Assembly (NCBI GenBank): GCA_045863295.1
Contig: BTWA01000017.1
Location: 1 to 64,000, forward strand
DNA: 64,000 nt
From: Candidatus Hydrogenedentota bacterium
GTDB taxonomy: Bacteria > Hydrogenedentota > Hydrogenedentia > Hydrogenedentales > SLHB01
Direction of reading: 5' to 3'
The notes under the pieces were generated by a model, which was given only the letters and a program-made list of their open reading frames with translations, had not been told where the DNA came from and did no database searches. The position numbers were made by a program, and so were the translations under genes. Positions 8,637 to 19,464 of this stretch are shown here, in pieces (within the stretch, counting starts at the first letter, position 1; each line of letters begins with the position of its first letter).

Positions 8637-9800
8637 ATGAAGACTTTAAGAAAGAAAAGACTCCTCGTGATCCCGCTATTGGTGGCGGCTGTCGCGGGAG
8701 GGTATGCGTTCAGCCGAAATGGTTCGAGGAATGCCGGAGGCGCGGTCCACATATCTGGCAACATCGAGGTGACCGACGTCGAAGCCAGTTTCAAAGTGGC
8801 GGGTTGGGTGGAATCCCGTTTGGTTTCCGAAGGCGAGGTTGTCAGGGTGAACCAACCGATTGCGCGTCTGGACAGCGAGGACCTTGAGCAGGAGGTAGCC
8901 ATGCGGCGGGCAGAGGTAGCCGGTGCAGGCGCCAAGCTGGCCGAACTTGAAGCGGGTTCGCGGCCCGAGGAAATCGCTCGGGCCGAAGCTGCCGCGGCCC
9001 ATGCCCAGGCCCGGTTGGACGAGCTTCTGGCTGGTTCCCGTACTCAGGAAATCGAGGCTGCCCGCGCGTCCGTACAAAGGGCCGAGGCCGAGAATACTCG
9101 CGCTGATGTGGATTACGCACGCCAACGGCAACTCTACGAACAAGACGTCATATCCGCCCGGGAACGGGACAATGCCCTGGCTTCGTACGGGTCAACCAAA
9201 GCAATGCTGGCTGAAGCGCAGGAGCGTTTCCGGCTTGTGCAAGAAGGCCCCCGTCACGAACAAATTGCTCAGGCTCGGGCGGCATTGGGCGAGGCCCAGG
9301 CGTGGTACGAACAGGTAGTAGCCGGACCCCGTAAGGAAACCATCGAGCAGGCACGCGCGGAACGGATGCGCGCCGAGGAGGCCTTGCGACTGGCGGAAAC
9401 GAGATTGTCCTATGCCGCGATCGCCGCGCCACTCACCGGGATTGTTCTGTCGGACCATTTGGAACCAGGCGAGTATGTAACCCCCGGGGCCCCCATCGTC
9501 ACCATTGGCGACCTGGAAAACGTGTGGCTGCGCGGCTATATCGATGAAACCGACCTGGGACGTGTCAAACTGGGCCAGCCTGTCGCAGTGACGACGGACA
9601 CCTACCCTGACAAGACCTACGAGGGCGTACTGTCCTTCATCTCTTCCGAGGCGGAGTTCACGCCCAAGAACGTCCAGACAGACAAGGAGCGGGTCAAGCT
9701 CGTCTATCGAGTGAAGATAGACATTCCCAACCCCGACTTCGAACTCAAACCGGGTATGCCCGCGGACGCCAAGATACAGCTCACGCAAGGGGAAGGCTAA
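8637..9800 (+). CDS. HlyD-family membrane fusion protein (YbhG-like)
   Basis: N-terminal TM, long coiled hairpin, AEFTPKNVQT and LKPGMPADA motifs. Confidence 0.9.
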   Translation: MKTLRKKRLLVIPLLVAAVAGGYAFSRNGSRNAGGAVHISGNIEVTDVEASFKVAGWVESRLVSEGEVVRVNQPIARLDSEDLEQEVAMRRAEVAGAGAKLAELEAGSRPEEIARAEAAAAHAQARLDELLAGSRTQEIEAARASVQRAEAENTRADVDYARQRQLYEQDVISARERDNALASYGSTKAMLAEAQERFRLVQEGPRHEQIAQARAALGEAQAWYEQVVAGPRKETIEQARAERMRAEEALRLAETRLSYAAIAAPLTGIVLSDHLEPGEYVTPGAPIVTIGDLENVWLRGYIDETDLGRVKLGQPVAVTTDTYPDKTYEGVLSFISSEAEFTPKNVQTDKERVKLVYRVKIDIPNPDFELKPGMPADAKIQLTQGEG

Positions 9801-10750
9801 TGTCTGCGATTCACACTGAAAACCTCGTGCGCACCTTCGGGGAACTGAAAGCCGTGGATGCGCTGAACCTCGACGTGGGGGAAGGCGAGATCTTTGGCCT
9901 AGTGGGTCCGGATGGCGCCGGTAAAACCACGACGATGCGTCTGCTAACCGCCATCATGGAGCCGACGTCGGGAGAGGCCTGGGTGGCCGGTCATCACACG
10001 GTCCGCGAAGCCGAAGCCATCAAAGAGGATATTGGCTACATGAGCCAACGCTTCGGGCTTTACCCAGACTTGACCGTCCTTGAAAACATTCATTTCTATG
10101 CCGACATCTACAGCGTGCCGCGCCGCGGCCGAGAGGCCAAGATCGAGGAACTGTTGGGATTCAGCAACCTTACGCCTTTCAAAAAGCGCGAAGCCGGCAG
10201 GCTCTCCGGGGGCATGAAACAGAAACTCGGACTCGCCTGCGCCCTGATTCATACACCGAAGGTCCTGTTTCTCGACGAGCCCACGAATGGCGTCGATCCG
10301 GTCTCGCGCCGGGATTTTTGGCGCATTCTCTACAAACTGCTGCGTCAGAAGGTGACCATCTTTGTCTCCACGGCTTACTTGGACGAAGCGGAGCGCTGCA
10401 ACCGCATCGGACTGATCCACCAGGGCCGATTGTTGGCCGTTGGCACGCCAGACGAGGTAAAGCAGCTCATGCGCGGTTCGATTCTCGAAGTGCGGTGTGC
10501 GGAACCACGTAAGGCAGCCCGCTCGCTACAGGTCCATCTGCCATCCGGCAGCGTTGGCCTGTTCGGCGATCGGGTGCACGTGGTGACATCCACGCCGGAG
10601 AAGACGTCATCCGAACTGGAATCCATCCTTGCGCGGGACGACATTGCCGTGACGTCGGTGCGAACAATCGAGCCTAGCCTTGAGGATGTTTTCGTCTCGG
10701 TCCTGGGACGCTCAGAAGGAAAGGAGACCGTAGATGTCCGTGCAAACTGA
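9800..10750 (+). CDS. ABC-2 exporter ATP-binding subunit (YbhF N-half-like)
   Basis: GPDGAGKTT, LSGGMKQK, LDEPT. Confidence 0.92.
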   Translation: MSAIHTENLVRTFGELKAVDALNLDVGEGEIFGLVGPDGAGKTTTMRLLTAIMEPTSGEAWVAGHHTVREAEAIKEDIGYMSQRFGLYPDLTVLENIHFYADIYSVPRRGREAKIEELLGFSNLTPFKKREAGRLSGGMKQKLGLACALIHTPKVLFLDEPTNGVDPVSRRDFWRILYKLLRQKVTIFVSTAYLDEAERCNRIGLIHQGRLLAVGTPDEVKQLMRGSILEVRCAEPRKAARSLQVHLPSGSVGLFGDRVHVVTSTPEKTSSELESILARDDIAVTSVRTIEPSLEDVFVSVLGRSEGKETVDVRAN

Positions 10751-11705
10751 CAACGCCGTTGTTGTACGGGGCCTCGGGCGCAGATTCGGTGATTTCCGCG
10801 CGGTAAAGGACGTGACCTTCGAGGTCGCCAAAGGCGAGATCTTCGGTTTCTTGGGCCCGAACGGCGCAGGCAAATCCACCACGATCCGCATGCTCTGCGG
10901 AATTTTGGCCCCGACCGAGGGCGAAGGAACCGTAGCGGGCTTTGACGTTCGCACTCAGGCCGAACGTATCAAAGCCCACATCGGCTACATGAGCCAGAAA
11001 TTTTCCCTCTACGAGGACCTCACCGTTGAAGAGAATATTGATTTCTATAGCGGCATCTACCGGATACCCGCCGAGAGGAAACAAGAACGCAAGGAGTGGG
11101 CGCTCCAGATGGCCGGACTGGTAGAACACCGCCACATGCGGACGGGCCTTCTGTCGGGAGGTTGGAAGCAGCGCCTTTCCCTGGGCTGCGCCATCCTGCA
11201 CGAGCCTCCCGTGATCTTTCTCGATGAACCGACCTCGGGCGTTGACCCCATCAGCCGACGTCAGTTTTGGGATCTCATCTACGAACTCTCCGGAAAGGGA
11301 GTCACTGTCTTCGTAACGACCCACTACATGGATGAGGCCGAATACTGCGACCGAATCGCCTTGATCTACCGCGGAGAACTCATCGCCATGGGTACGCCCG
11401 AATCCCTGAAGCGGGAGACGATGCAGGAAGACGTACTTGAAATCCATTGTGATCGGCCAAGTGACGCCATGGAACTGATCGAGCGCCTCGACAGCGTCAA
11501 AGAGGCCGCGCTGTTCGGAAAAGGCCTACATGCCGTCGTGGCCGATGCCGACGAAGCTGGCCGGGAGATCCGCAAAACGCTCAGCGAGGCGGGTCTTAAA
11601 ATTGCGCGCATAGAAGCTATCACGCCCTCGATGGAGGACGTGTTTGTGTCGCTCATCGAGGCGCGGGACAAGCTCGAGGACGCGCAGAAAGAAGTGGCGG
11701 CATGA
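10734..11705 (+). CDS. ABC-2 exporter ATP-binding subunit (YbhF C-half-like)
   Basis: GPNGAGKST, LSGGWKQR, LDEPT, TTHYMDEAE. Confidence 0.92.
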   Translation: MSVQTDNAVVVRGLGRRFGDFRAVKDVTFEVAKGEIFGFLGPNGAGKSTTIRMLCGILAPTEGEGTVAGFDVRTQAERIKAHIGYMSQKFSLYEDLTVEENIDFYSGIYRIPAERKQERKEWALQMAGLVEHRHMRTGLLSGGWKQRLSLGCAILHEPPVIFLDEPTSGVDPISRRQFWDLIYELSGKGVTVFVTTHYMDEAEYCDRIALIYRGELIAMGTPESLKRETMQEDVLEIHCDRPSDAMELIERLDSVKEAALFGKGLHAVVADADEAGREIRKTLSEAGLKIARIEAITPSMEDVFVSLIEARDKLEDAQKEVAA

Positions 11706-12835
11706 AGCCCATGCGTGTGTGGGCGGTCGCTCGCAAAGAATTCATACATATTCTGCGCGACCTGCGAAGTTTGGGTATGGCCATCGCGATACCCATGTTG
11801 CTCCTCGTTTTGTTCGGGTACGCCCTCACGCTGGACGTGGACAACGTGCCGCTCATCGCCTGGGATCAAAGTCAGACACCCGCGAGCCGGGAGTTCCTGG
11901 CATACTTCACCGGGTCCCGGTACTTCGACTTGCGTCAGTTCGCATCCGGCTACGACGATATTGAGGACGCCATCGATACAGGCGACGCGCTCGTTGGTCT
12001 TGTCATCCCTCAGGACTTCGCGGAACGCGCCAAGTCTCTGAGTCCTGTGCGGGTGCAAGCTATCGTGGACGGCAGTGACTCGAACACCGCCACGATCGCC
12101 ATGGGCTATCTCGATGCGATTTCCATGGCCTACTCAAAAGATGTCCTGATTGAACAGACACGCCGCATTGTGGGCGAAGCTCCCGGGGACCCCATCGATT
12201 TCCGCCCGAGAGTCTGGTTCAACGCGGACCTCGAGTCCAAGAACTACATCATCCCGGGCCTTATTGCGGTCATCATGATGGTTATTGCCGCCCTTCTGAC
12301 CTCGCTAACGGTTTCCAAGGAGTGGGAACAGGGCACCATGGAGCAACTCATCTCTACGCCCGTCAAGGGACCTGAACTCATTCTGGGGAAGCTTCTGCCC
12401 TACTTCGCGGTAGGAATGTTAGACGTTCTCATGGCCGTGCTCATGGGCGAGTTTCTCTTCGATGTACCACTGCGCGGGAACGTGCTCCTGTTGTTCGGCG
12501 TTTCGGCCGCGTTCTTGGTTGGGGCGCTGGCGCTGGGCATGGTGATCAGTATCGTTGCCAAGAGCCAGTTGTTGGCCAGCCAACTCGCCATGATCCTGAC
12601 GTTTCTGCCCTCGTTTCTCCTATCCGGCTTTATGTACGACATTGGAAATATGCCGCGTCCGGTCCAGATCATTACGTATCTGATCCCGGCCCGATATTTT
12701 GTAGCGCTCCTAAAAGGAATTTACCTCAAGGGCGTGGGGCTGGAGGTGCTGGGAGTCGAGGCAGCGCTACTCGTGGTCTTCGGTGGGGCAATGGTTTTCT
12801 TGGCCAATGTGAAATTCAAGAAACGGCTTGAGTAG
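11702..12835 (+). CDS. ABC-2 permease (YbhS-like)
   Basis: ARKEFIHILRD, KEWEQGTMEQL, multiple TM segments. Confidence 0.9.
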   Translation: MKPMRVWAVARKEFIHILRDLRSLGMAIAIPMLLLVLFGYALTLDVDNVPLIAWDQSQTPASREFLAYFTGSRYFDLRQFASGYDDIEDAIDTGDALVGLVIPQDFAERAKSLSPVRVQAIVDGSDSNTATIAMGYLDAISMAYSKDVLIEQTRRIVGEAPGDPIDFRPRVWFNADLESKNYIIPGLIAVIMMVIAALLTSLTVSKEWEQGTMEQLISTPVKGPELILGKLLPYFAVGMLDVLMAVLMGEFLFDVPLRGNVLLLFGVSAAFLVGALALGMVISIVAKSQLLASQLAMILTFLPSFLLSGFMYDIGNMPRPVQIITYLIPARYFVALLKGIYLKGVGLEVLGVEAALLVVFGGAMVFLANVKFKKRLE

Positions 12836-12860
12836 CGCAAGTTTTTTGAAAGGTCATACG

Positions 12861-13991
12861 ATGTTCGAGCGAATTAAGTACATGTTAATCAAGGAGTTCA
12901 TCCAGGTATTTCGGGATCCGCGGATGAGGGCGGTCATCTTCGTGATGCCCATCGTTCAAGCGCTCGTGTTCGGGTATGCCGTTACCACAGACGTGAAGAA
13001 CGTCCCCATTGCCGTCTACGACTTGGACAACAGCATTGCCAGCCGAGAATTGACTGCACGGTTCACCGAGACCGAGTACTTCGACCTCGCTTGCCACGTG
13101 ACAAGTGATGCAGGGGCGCAGGGCCTTATTGACCGCGGCGAAGTGAAGGCTGTCCTCAGGTTTAACCATGGCTTTCAGGCCGATCTTCGCAGCGGGCGCA
13201 TGACGCCACTACAGCTTTTCGTGGACGGCACCGATTCCAATACAGCGGGAATCGTCCTCGACTACTCGGCAAAGATTGTCGGCCGCTACAGCGCCAACGT
13301 GCTCGTGACCCGCCTGAGCCATTTAGGGGGAGGCGCATCCATTGCAGAACCGCTTGCAGTTGAGACACGGGCCTGGTTCAACGAGAACCTCGAGAGCCGA
13401 AACTTCTACGTCCCCGGCGTCATCGCCATCCTCGTCATGCTTATCACGCTTATGCTGACGAGCATGGCCGTGGTCCGCGAAAAGGAAGTCGGGACTATGG
13501 AGCAAATCATGGTGACGCCGATCACGCCGGGGGAGTTCATACTTGGCAAGACGGTCCCCTTTGCCGTGATCGGCTTTGCCGATGTGTTGCTCATCACGAT
13601 TGTGGCCGTGTTCTGGTTCGAGATCCCGATACGCGGCAGTCTGCTTTTGTTGTTCATCGCGACCGGCCTCTACATCATGACCACGCTGGGTATCGGCCTA
13701 ATCATTTCAACGGTTAGTTCGACACAGCAGCAAGCCATGATGAGCACGTTCTTCTTCTACTTTCCCGCCGTTCTCCTGTCCGGGTTCATGTTCCCTATCG
13801 CCAATATGCCCGTGACGGTCCAGTGGCTAACGTATATCAATCCGCTTCGGTACTTCCTCGTCATCATTCGAGGAATCTTTCTAAAAGGAGTCGGGCCTTC
13901 CGTGCTATGGCCGCAGATGGCCGTGTTGCTCTGCATGGGTGTCGCCACGCTCTGGTTCGCCATGAGCCGCTTCAAGAAGACTTCGGCGTAG
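12861..13991 (+). CDS. ABC-2 permease (YbhR-like)
   Basis: IKEFIQVFRD, REKEVGTMEQI, multiple TM segments. Confidence 0.9.
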   Translation: MFERIKYMLIKEFIQVFRDPRMRAVIFVMPIVQALVFGYAVTTDVKNVPIAVYDLDNSIASRELTARFTETEYFDLACHVTSDAGAQGLIDRGEVKAVLRFNHGFQADLRSGRMTPLQLFVDGTDSNTAGIVLDYSAKIVGRYSANVLVTRLSHLGGGASIAEPLAVETRAWFNENLESRNFYVPGVIAILVMLITLMLTSMAVVREKEVGTMEQIMVTPITPGEFILGKTVPFAVIGFADVLLITIVAVFWFEIPIRGSLLLLFIATGLYIMTTLGIGLIISTVSSTQQQAMMSTFFFYFPAVLLSGFMFPIANMPVTVQWLTYINPLRYFLVIIRGIFLKGVGPSVLWPQMAVLLCMGVATLWFAMSRFKKTSA

Positions 13992-14007
13992 CTTTAAGGA
14001 GACAAAC

Positions 14008-15471
14008 ATGTTTCGTGAACACACTAAATCACACGTCCCGTCGTTGCCGGTACTGCTCACCTTGATAACCTCCATGACAGGGTGTGCGACATTGAGTCCG
14101 AACACGCCACCAAGCGTTGGGGACTACATTCCCAAGATGGTGGGGCAGCAGGCCCCTGCAAACCAGGCTCCAATGGCTGGCGCCTCTAGCCTAAATCTGG
14201 CTTCTCCAGCAACGGGATTATCGAAAGATGTGCTGTCATTGGCTGAGTGTGTACAAATTGCCTTGAACCAGAATCCGGCGCAACTCGCAGCTCGCCACGG
14301 CATAACGGTCGCTACCGAAACCGTTGGTATCGCTAAAGCGCCTTATTATCCCGAGGTCAATTTCATATCAAGCTGGAGCCGGTCCCAGCGCAGTTCGACT
14401 CTACCCGGCGGCGTTACCCAACTACTTACACCAGATTCCAATGGCCCTACTAACGATTGGCTTGCGGGCTTTGCCGCACGCTATACGATTGCAGATGGAG
14501 GCCGCAGGGCCGCCGAACTCAGGCGAACGCTTGCGTTAAAAGGGGCCACGGAAGAAGACGCCAAACGCGTACGGCAAGATATTGTCTTCGAAGTTCAGAG
14601 CAGCTTCTACCGCCAGGCCGCAGCAACGCAGGTACACAGCGTCGCAGAGGAGAACCTCTCAAGGGCAAAGGCTCATCTCGATCTTGCGCAACGTCTCAAG
14701 GAAGCGGGAGCGGTTCCAAAGGCAGACGTACTGCGGGCCGATGTCGAGGTAGCCGAAGCGGAGCTTTCCCTTGCACGCGCAGCGGGTTTGACGCGCACAA
14801 CGCGCGGACAGCTAAGCATCGCTATGGGCCTTCCTGCCGCATCACGTTTCAAGATCGACGCAGAGGATCAGAAGCTTGCCTCTCCCGTATTGGCAGACCC
14901 CGAGATCATGATCGAAGAAGCTCTGTACGCTCGCCCAGAAATTAATGCCGGCTTGCAGTACGTTTCCGCGGACCAAGCAGGAGTTGCCGCTGCCAAAAGC
15001 GCCTACCGCCCACGACTGTATGCAGATGCGGGCTACGACTACCATAGCGATAGCTTCCCGCCGAAGGGCGAGGAGTGGTCCGTTGCGTTGAACTTAAGTT
15101 GGACGATCTTTTCTGGCTTCTCGCGAAAGCACGAAGTGAACCGGGCCAGGGCTGAGCTATCGCGCCAGGAGGCCGAGGTTCAGCAACTGATCCTCCAAGT
15201 CCAGCAGGAAGTATGGGCGGCCTACTCGACAGTCCTTGAAACATGGGAGTCCGTCGAAACCACGGAATCGCAGGTGGCGAGCGCGTTGGATAGCATGCGC
15301 GCGGCAAGCACACGCTATGAGGTCGGCGCAGCGACGATCAACGATTTGCTTGACGCACAGACGGCCCTTGCACGTGCCGAGACCAATCGCGCGGAGACAG
15401 TGTGGAACTACTTAATCGCAGACGCTTGGCTTGACCGTGTCCGTGGGAAAAATTCCGCCGCTTATTCCTGA
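14008..15471 (+). CDS. TolC-family outer membrane efflux lipoprotein
   Basis: Lipobox-like MTGC; two OEP repeats (ALNQNP, RPEI, RYEVGAATINDLLDAQ). Confidence 0.85.
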   Translation: MFREHTKSHVPSLPVLLTLITSMTGCATLSPNTPPSVGDYIPKMVGQQAPANQAPMAGASSLNLASPATGLSKDVLSLAECVQIALNQNPAQLAARHGITVATETVGIAKAPYYPEVNFISSWSRSQRSSTLPGGVTQLLTPDSNGPTNDWLAGFAARYTIADGGRRAAELRRTLALKGATEEDAKRVRQDIVFEVQSSFYRQAAATQVHSVAEENLSRAKAHLDLAQRLKEAGAVPKADVLRADVEVAEAELSLARAAGLTRTTRGQLSIAMGLPAASRFKIDAEDQKLASPVLADPEIMIEEALYARPEINAGLQYVSADQAGVAAAKSAYRPRLYADAGYDYHSDSFPPKGEEWSVALNLSWTIFSGFSRKHEVNRARAELSRQEAEVQQLILQVQQEVWAAYSTVLETWESVETTESQVASALDSMRAASTRYEVGAATINDLLDAQTALARAETNRAETVWNYLIADAWLDRVRGKNSAAYS

Positions 15472-15546
15472 AGCCGCAAACATGAATTCTTCACTGGACT
15501 TGTACAGCAAAGCGAGGACTTCCTGGTCAGTAAGAAGGAATCGCAA

Positions 15547-15834
15547 ATGGAGCAACTACCTTCTGAGGAAAATGTACGGCGATATGTTGTCGACTGCCTA
15601 TCGGTCACCTATGAAGCACATCGCTGGTCATCACGGGTCCATTCTGCCAGACGAGATCTCGCAAATTCTAAGCGACTGATCTTGGATAATCTGGATTTCA
15701 ATGCAGATGAATTCAGTCCGTGGCTCGCATGCAACGCGCCTTGGGGAACTTTGGAATGGGCCTATTGCAACCTGCTACGAATGGCCCGTCATGGTGTCAT
15801 GAAATCCCATTCGGGGAAGACAGCCAAATGTTGA
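15547..15834 (+). CDS. Hypothetical protein
   Basis: 95-aa ORF with an AAGGA RBS; overlaps the next start. Confidence 0.3.
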   Translation: MEQLPSEENVRRYVVDCLSVTYEAHRWSSRVHSARRDLANSKRLILDNLDFNADEFSPWLACNAPWGTLEWAYCNLLRMARHGVMKSHSGKTAKC

Positions 15835-17324
15835 CGCACTTCAGGACCCAGTTGACTCTCGCCATGAGCCTTATAGTCATTGTCACAACCGTCGTGGTCA
15901 TTTTTGGCGTCATCGGGACGGGCCTCGCCACTGTTGGCCAGCATTACTCCGAACTCCACATGAATATTGGGAAGACCGTGGCGATTAGCATCGCCTCTCG
16001 ATCTGTGGAGTCAGATAGTAGCTCGATTCGGCGCTACTTGGAAGAGTTATGCGAGTCCGTACCGATAGAGAGCGTAATCGTCTTTGACGAAGAGAATGTC
16101 ATCGCTAGTGCGGCCAGAGACCACTCGGATACGGCCACTCTTGCCCCGGAAGATATTGACACTTGGCGTCGCATGATAAAGGTCGGCGCGCGCAACGGCG
16201 TCTGCGTTGAAAGGCTGAACGGCGGAGAATTGGTCCTTGTTGGGACGGTTGGACCCAACCCAGGGCAAATCATCGGTATTGTCCTGTGGCCCATAGGTGG
16301 AGCCCCTTCCTCAATGATATATAGACGGATCGTGTTTGTTTCCGCATTTGCGCTCCTTATGGTCGCGTGTGCGCTGGTAATCGCTGCCTTCCTGAGTCAC
16401 AAAATCTCCACTCCACTCGCGATGCTGTCGGAAAGCGTAGCGAGAATCGGAAGCGGCGATCTCCAAGTGCGCGCGCACATAACCGGCCCGGAAGAGCTGC
16501 GGCGGCTCGCGATGAGTGTGAACACTATGGCTAAATCGCTGGAGAACCACCTGGAAGTCTTGAAGAATGAAACACGACGCCGGGAACAGCTCGAAACCGA
16601 GATTCGTCTGGCAAGCGAAGTTCAGCGATCCGTGCTACCTGAAAACGGGACGATCCTTGAATCGATTGAACTAAGCGGCATGTGTCGCCAGTCCAAGGAA
16701 GTTGGGGGCGATTTCTATGACTTCTTCGCCCTGGGACCTGACACACTCGCCGTCGCTGTTGGTGACGCGGTTGGAAAGGGTCTTCCCGCCGCAATTCTCG
16801 CTGCACGATGCGCCACGCTGGTTCGCGCTCTGGCGGAGCAAGGCCTATCACCCGACAGGATTCTCTCTGGAGTGAACCACTTTCTTTGCCGTCAGTTTGC
16901 CAGGAGCGGGCAATTTGTCACGATGTTCATTGCGGTGGTGGATATTCGGGATCAACGGACCCGCTATTCTGCAGCGGGTCACAATCCGCCACTCTTGATT
17001 AGGCGGAATTCAGGAGAGCGTATCTGGCTTACGAGCACGGAAGGATTACCGCTAGGGATCGAGGGGAACGTCGCGTTCGGAATGCACGAGGTCAACTTCA
17101 ATTCAGGCGATGTGCTTGTACTATATACAGATGGAGTAACCGAAGCACAAGACATTTCAAATACGTTGTATGGTTCCGAGCGCCTCGCCAGGGCGGCAGC
17201 CCGCGCGGCCGAAGGCGAGGCGGGGAGTATCGTAAAAGCCATTGATGCTGATGTGACCGATTTCATGGGAGGAAATACCATCGCCGACGACGTCACTATT
17301 GTGGTTGCGAAATCAATTGTGTGA
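15828..17324 (+). CDS. Membrane HAMP + SpoIIE/RsbU-type PP2C phosphatase
   Basis: Two TM helices, HAMP, EVGGDFYD, GDAVGKG, AGHNPP, LYTDGVTEA, DDVT. Confidence 0.88.
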   Translation: MLTHFRTQLTLAMSLIVIVTTVVVIFGVIGTGLATVGQHYSELHMNIGKTVAISIASRSVESDSSSIRRYLEELCESVPIESVIVFDEENVIASAARDHSDTATLAPEDIDTWRRMIKVGARNGVCVERLNGGELVLVGTVGPNPGQIIGIVLWPIGGAPSSMIYRRIVFVSAFALLMVACALVIAAFLSHKISTPLAMLSESVARIGSGDLQVRAHITGPEELRRLAMSVNTMAKSLENHLEVLKNETRRREQLETEIRLASEVQRSVLPENGTILESIELSGMCRQSKEVGGDFYDFFALGPDTLAVAVGDAVGKGLPAAILAARCATLVRALAEQGLSPDRILSGVNHFLCRQFARSGQFVTMFIAVVDIRDQRTRYSAAGHNPPLLIRRNSGERIWLTSTEGLPLGIEGNVAFGMHEVNFNSGDVLVLYTDGVTEAQDISNTLYGSERLARAAARAAEGEAGSIVKAIDADVTDFMGGNTIADDVTIVVAKSIV

Positions 17325-17609
17325 ACCTTAAATGCTCGACACCTGCAAGCTGACCTGGGCCCGACCCTCAACAAGCAACTTTCCAGGTTCTATGGCAACC
17401 AGAACAACTGTGGACCCAGGCAATCTGGGACATTACCACGAATGCTTGCGCCGTTCGTACTCGCGCTTACGCGCATCGTGCCCTTGGGACGCACTTTGCA
17501 CCGTCGTTCTATTCGCAGCATTTTCCAAGACGGTCTACCGTCTTACGGACCTCGCTTGTCAATCCTGGCGAACTGCATGTCGATGGATCGAACAAAAGTC
17601 TCGGCTGCG

Positions 17610-18764
17610 TTATTGTATCAATAGCGGCAATTTGGCAAATCCGCTGCCGGGGTAAACCGCATTTCTTGGGGGAGTTCCCGGAACGAGCCCGACGCTGTCT
17701 GTGCGGGCCAACAATTCTTCCAGCCAGACTCGCATCTCGAGTCGCGCAAGCGGTGCGCCTGGGCAAACGTGCAAGCCGGCGCCGTACAGAAGATTCTTCT
17801 CCACATCCCGATCAAAACGAAAGCAATCCGGTTCGTCAAAGGCCCGGCCATCACGATTGGCGGAAATCCACATGAGCGAGACTCGTTCGCCTGCGCCGAT
17901 TTGCCGGCCATTGATTTCCACAGGCCGGGTTGTGACTCGCCGATTGACAACGAGGGGGCCGTGAATCCGCAGAATCTCATCGATGGCGGCAGGCAAGAGC
18001 GACGGCTCCGCCCGAAGTTGCGATTGAAGATCGGCGTGTTCGGCAAGATAATGAGCCAATATCCCAACGGCGGCGGAAATTGTCCCGATCTCCCCGACAG
18101 TCCAATTTCGCAGGATACTCGCTATTTCTTCGTGGCTTAACGGTCGTCCCCAAACCGTGTCGTGCATGAGGGACGCCGTAATGTCGTCATCCGCCTTGGC
18201 GCCAGCTTCAAGCCGGTCCTCTATAAGCTCGTCAACCAAGTCCTCGAACTCCCGCGCAATCTCAGACATGACTTTGCGATCCTGGGCGAACGTGGCGACG
18301 TGGCTTTTCTGCGTCCAGCGGATGATCGGTTCCTGCAACGTTGACGGCCAACCTAGAAAGGCGCATTGGGCCCGTGCCGCAAAAGGCAGCGCAAAATCAG
18401 CAACAAGCTCCACCTGACCACGTTCGAGCAGATCCTGGACCAGATCCACAACGAGGTTGCGGCAGATAGGCTCGAACGCCGCTATCCGCTCGCCGGAAAA
18501 ATACCGTTCGACAATTGCACGATATGCCGTATGCTCGGGTGGATCCATGCCGCTTGGAACAGACAAGTGCTCCGAAACGGTGCTGCTGAAGGTCTCGTGG
18601 TCTGAGAGCACGCGCATCACGTCCTCGTGCCGAAACACGGACCAATGCATCAGTTCGCTGTAGGCGACTGGGCAACGCTCGCGCATCGTGTCGTACGCCG
18701 CGCGTTGGTCGCGCAATACATCCGCTGCTTTTGGGTCCCAGTCCGGTTCTTGCGTGTCGCTCAT
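17610..18764 (-). CDS. Cytochrome P450
   Basis: MDPPEH, EILR (ExxR), heme motif YGAGLHVCPG. Confidence 0.92.
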   Translation of the reverse strand: MSDTQEPDWDPKAADVLRDQRAAYDTMRERCPVAYSELMHWSVFRHEDVMRVLSDHETFSSTVSEHLSVPSGMDPPEHTAYRAIVERYFSGERIAAFEPICRNLVVDLVQDLLERGQVELVADFALPFAARAQCAFLGWPSTLQEPIIRWTQKSHVATFAQDRKVMSEIAREFEDLVDELIEDRLEAGAKADDDITASLMHDTVWGRPLSHEEIASILRNWTVGEIGTISAAVGILAHYLAEHADLQSQLRAEPSLLPAAIDEILRIHGPLVVNRRVTTRPVEINGRQIGAGERVSLMWISANRDGRAFDEPDCFRFDRDVEKNLLYGAGLHVCPGAPLARLEMRVWLEELLARTDSVGLVPGTPPRNAVYPGSGFAKLPLLIQ

Positions 18765-18774
18765 GATATTCCGG

Positions 18775-19464
18775 TTACTCCATCGCAAAATTGAGAATCG
18801 CTTCGGCGTGAATGCGGGTTGTGTCGTAGAGTGGCTTTGGACTGTCCTCTGGCTGGATTAGAAGGCAGAGTTCCGTGCAGCCAAGAATCACTGCCTCGGC
18901 GCCCTGAGCGGTCAAATCGGCAATCATGCCCTTAGCCGATGCGCGGGATTCGGGGCGCACGGTTCCGTGCGACAGCTCCTCCCACACAATACGGTCCAAC
19001 TCCTGCCGCGCGTGGGCGTCGGGAACGAGCGTTTCGATATGACTCGCCTGAAAATGCTTCTGGAAAAACCCGAACTCCATGGTGGGCCGTGTGCCCAGCA
19101 GCGCAACCATCCGCCGGGCATCGTGAACGAGCGCCTCGGACGTCGCATCCATAATCGTGAGGATTTCCAGCGGACTCGAGTCGCGGATTAGGTCGTAGGC
19201 GTTGTGCGGCGTGTTTGCCAGAATCGCCGCGAATTCGGCGCCGGCGTTCTTGAGACAGTGCAAAGCGTCCAAAAGAATGGCAGCGACCTTGTCCCATTCG
19301 TTTTGTTCGAAGTGCGGGATTAATTTCTGCAGGTTCAGACTCTGGAGGGTAATCTCGGGAAAGTTCAATTCGCCGGCCCGGTGATTGTATTCGCGGCAGA
19401 TTATTTCATAGTAATGAACAGTCGACTCGGGGCTGAGCCCTCCAATTAAGCCTATGCGCTTCAT
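18775..19464 (-). CDS. Aspartate/glutamate racemase family protein
   Basis: MKRIGLIGGLSPEST, ANTPH, ILGCTEL. Confidence 0.88.
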   Translation of the reverse strand: MKRIGLIGGLSPESTVHYYEIICREYNHRAGELNFPEITLQSLNLQKLIPHFEQNEWDKVAAILLDALHCLKNAGAEFAAILANTPHNAYDLIRDSSPLEILTIMDATSEALVHDARRMVALLGTRPTMEFGFFQKHFQASHIETLVPDAHARQELDRIVWEELSHGTVRPESRASAKGMIADLTAQGAEAVILGCTELCLLIQPEDSPKPLYDTTRIHAEAILNFAME

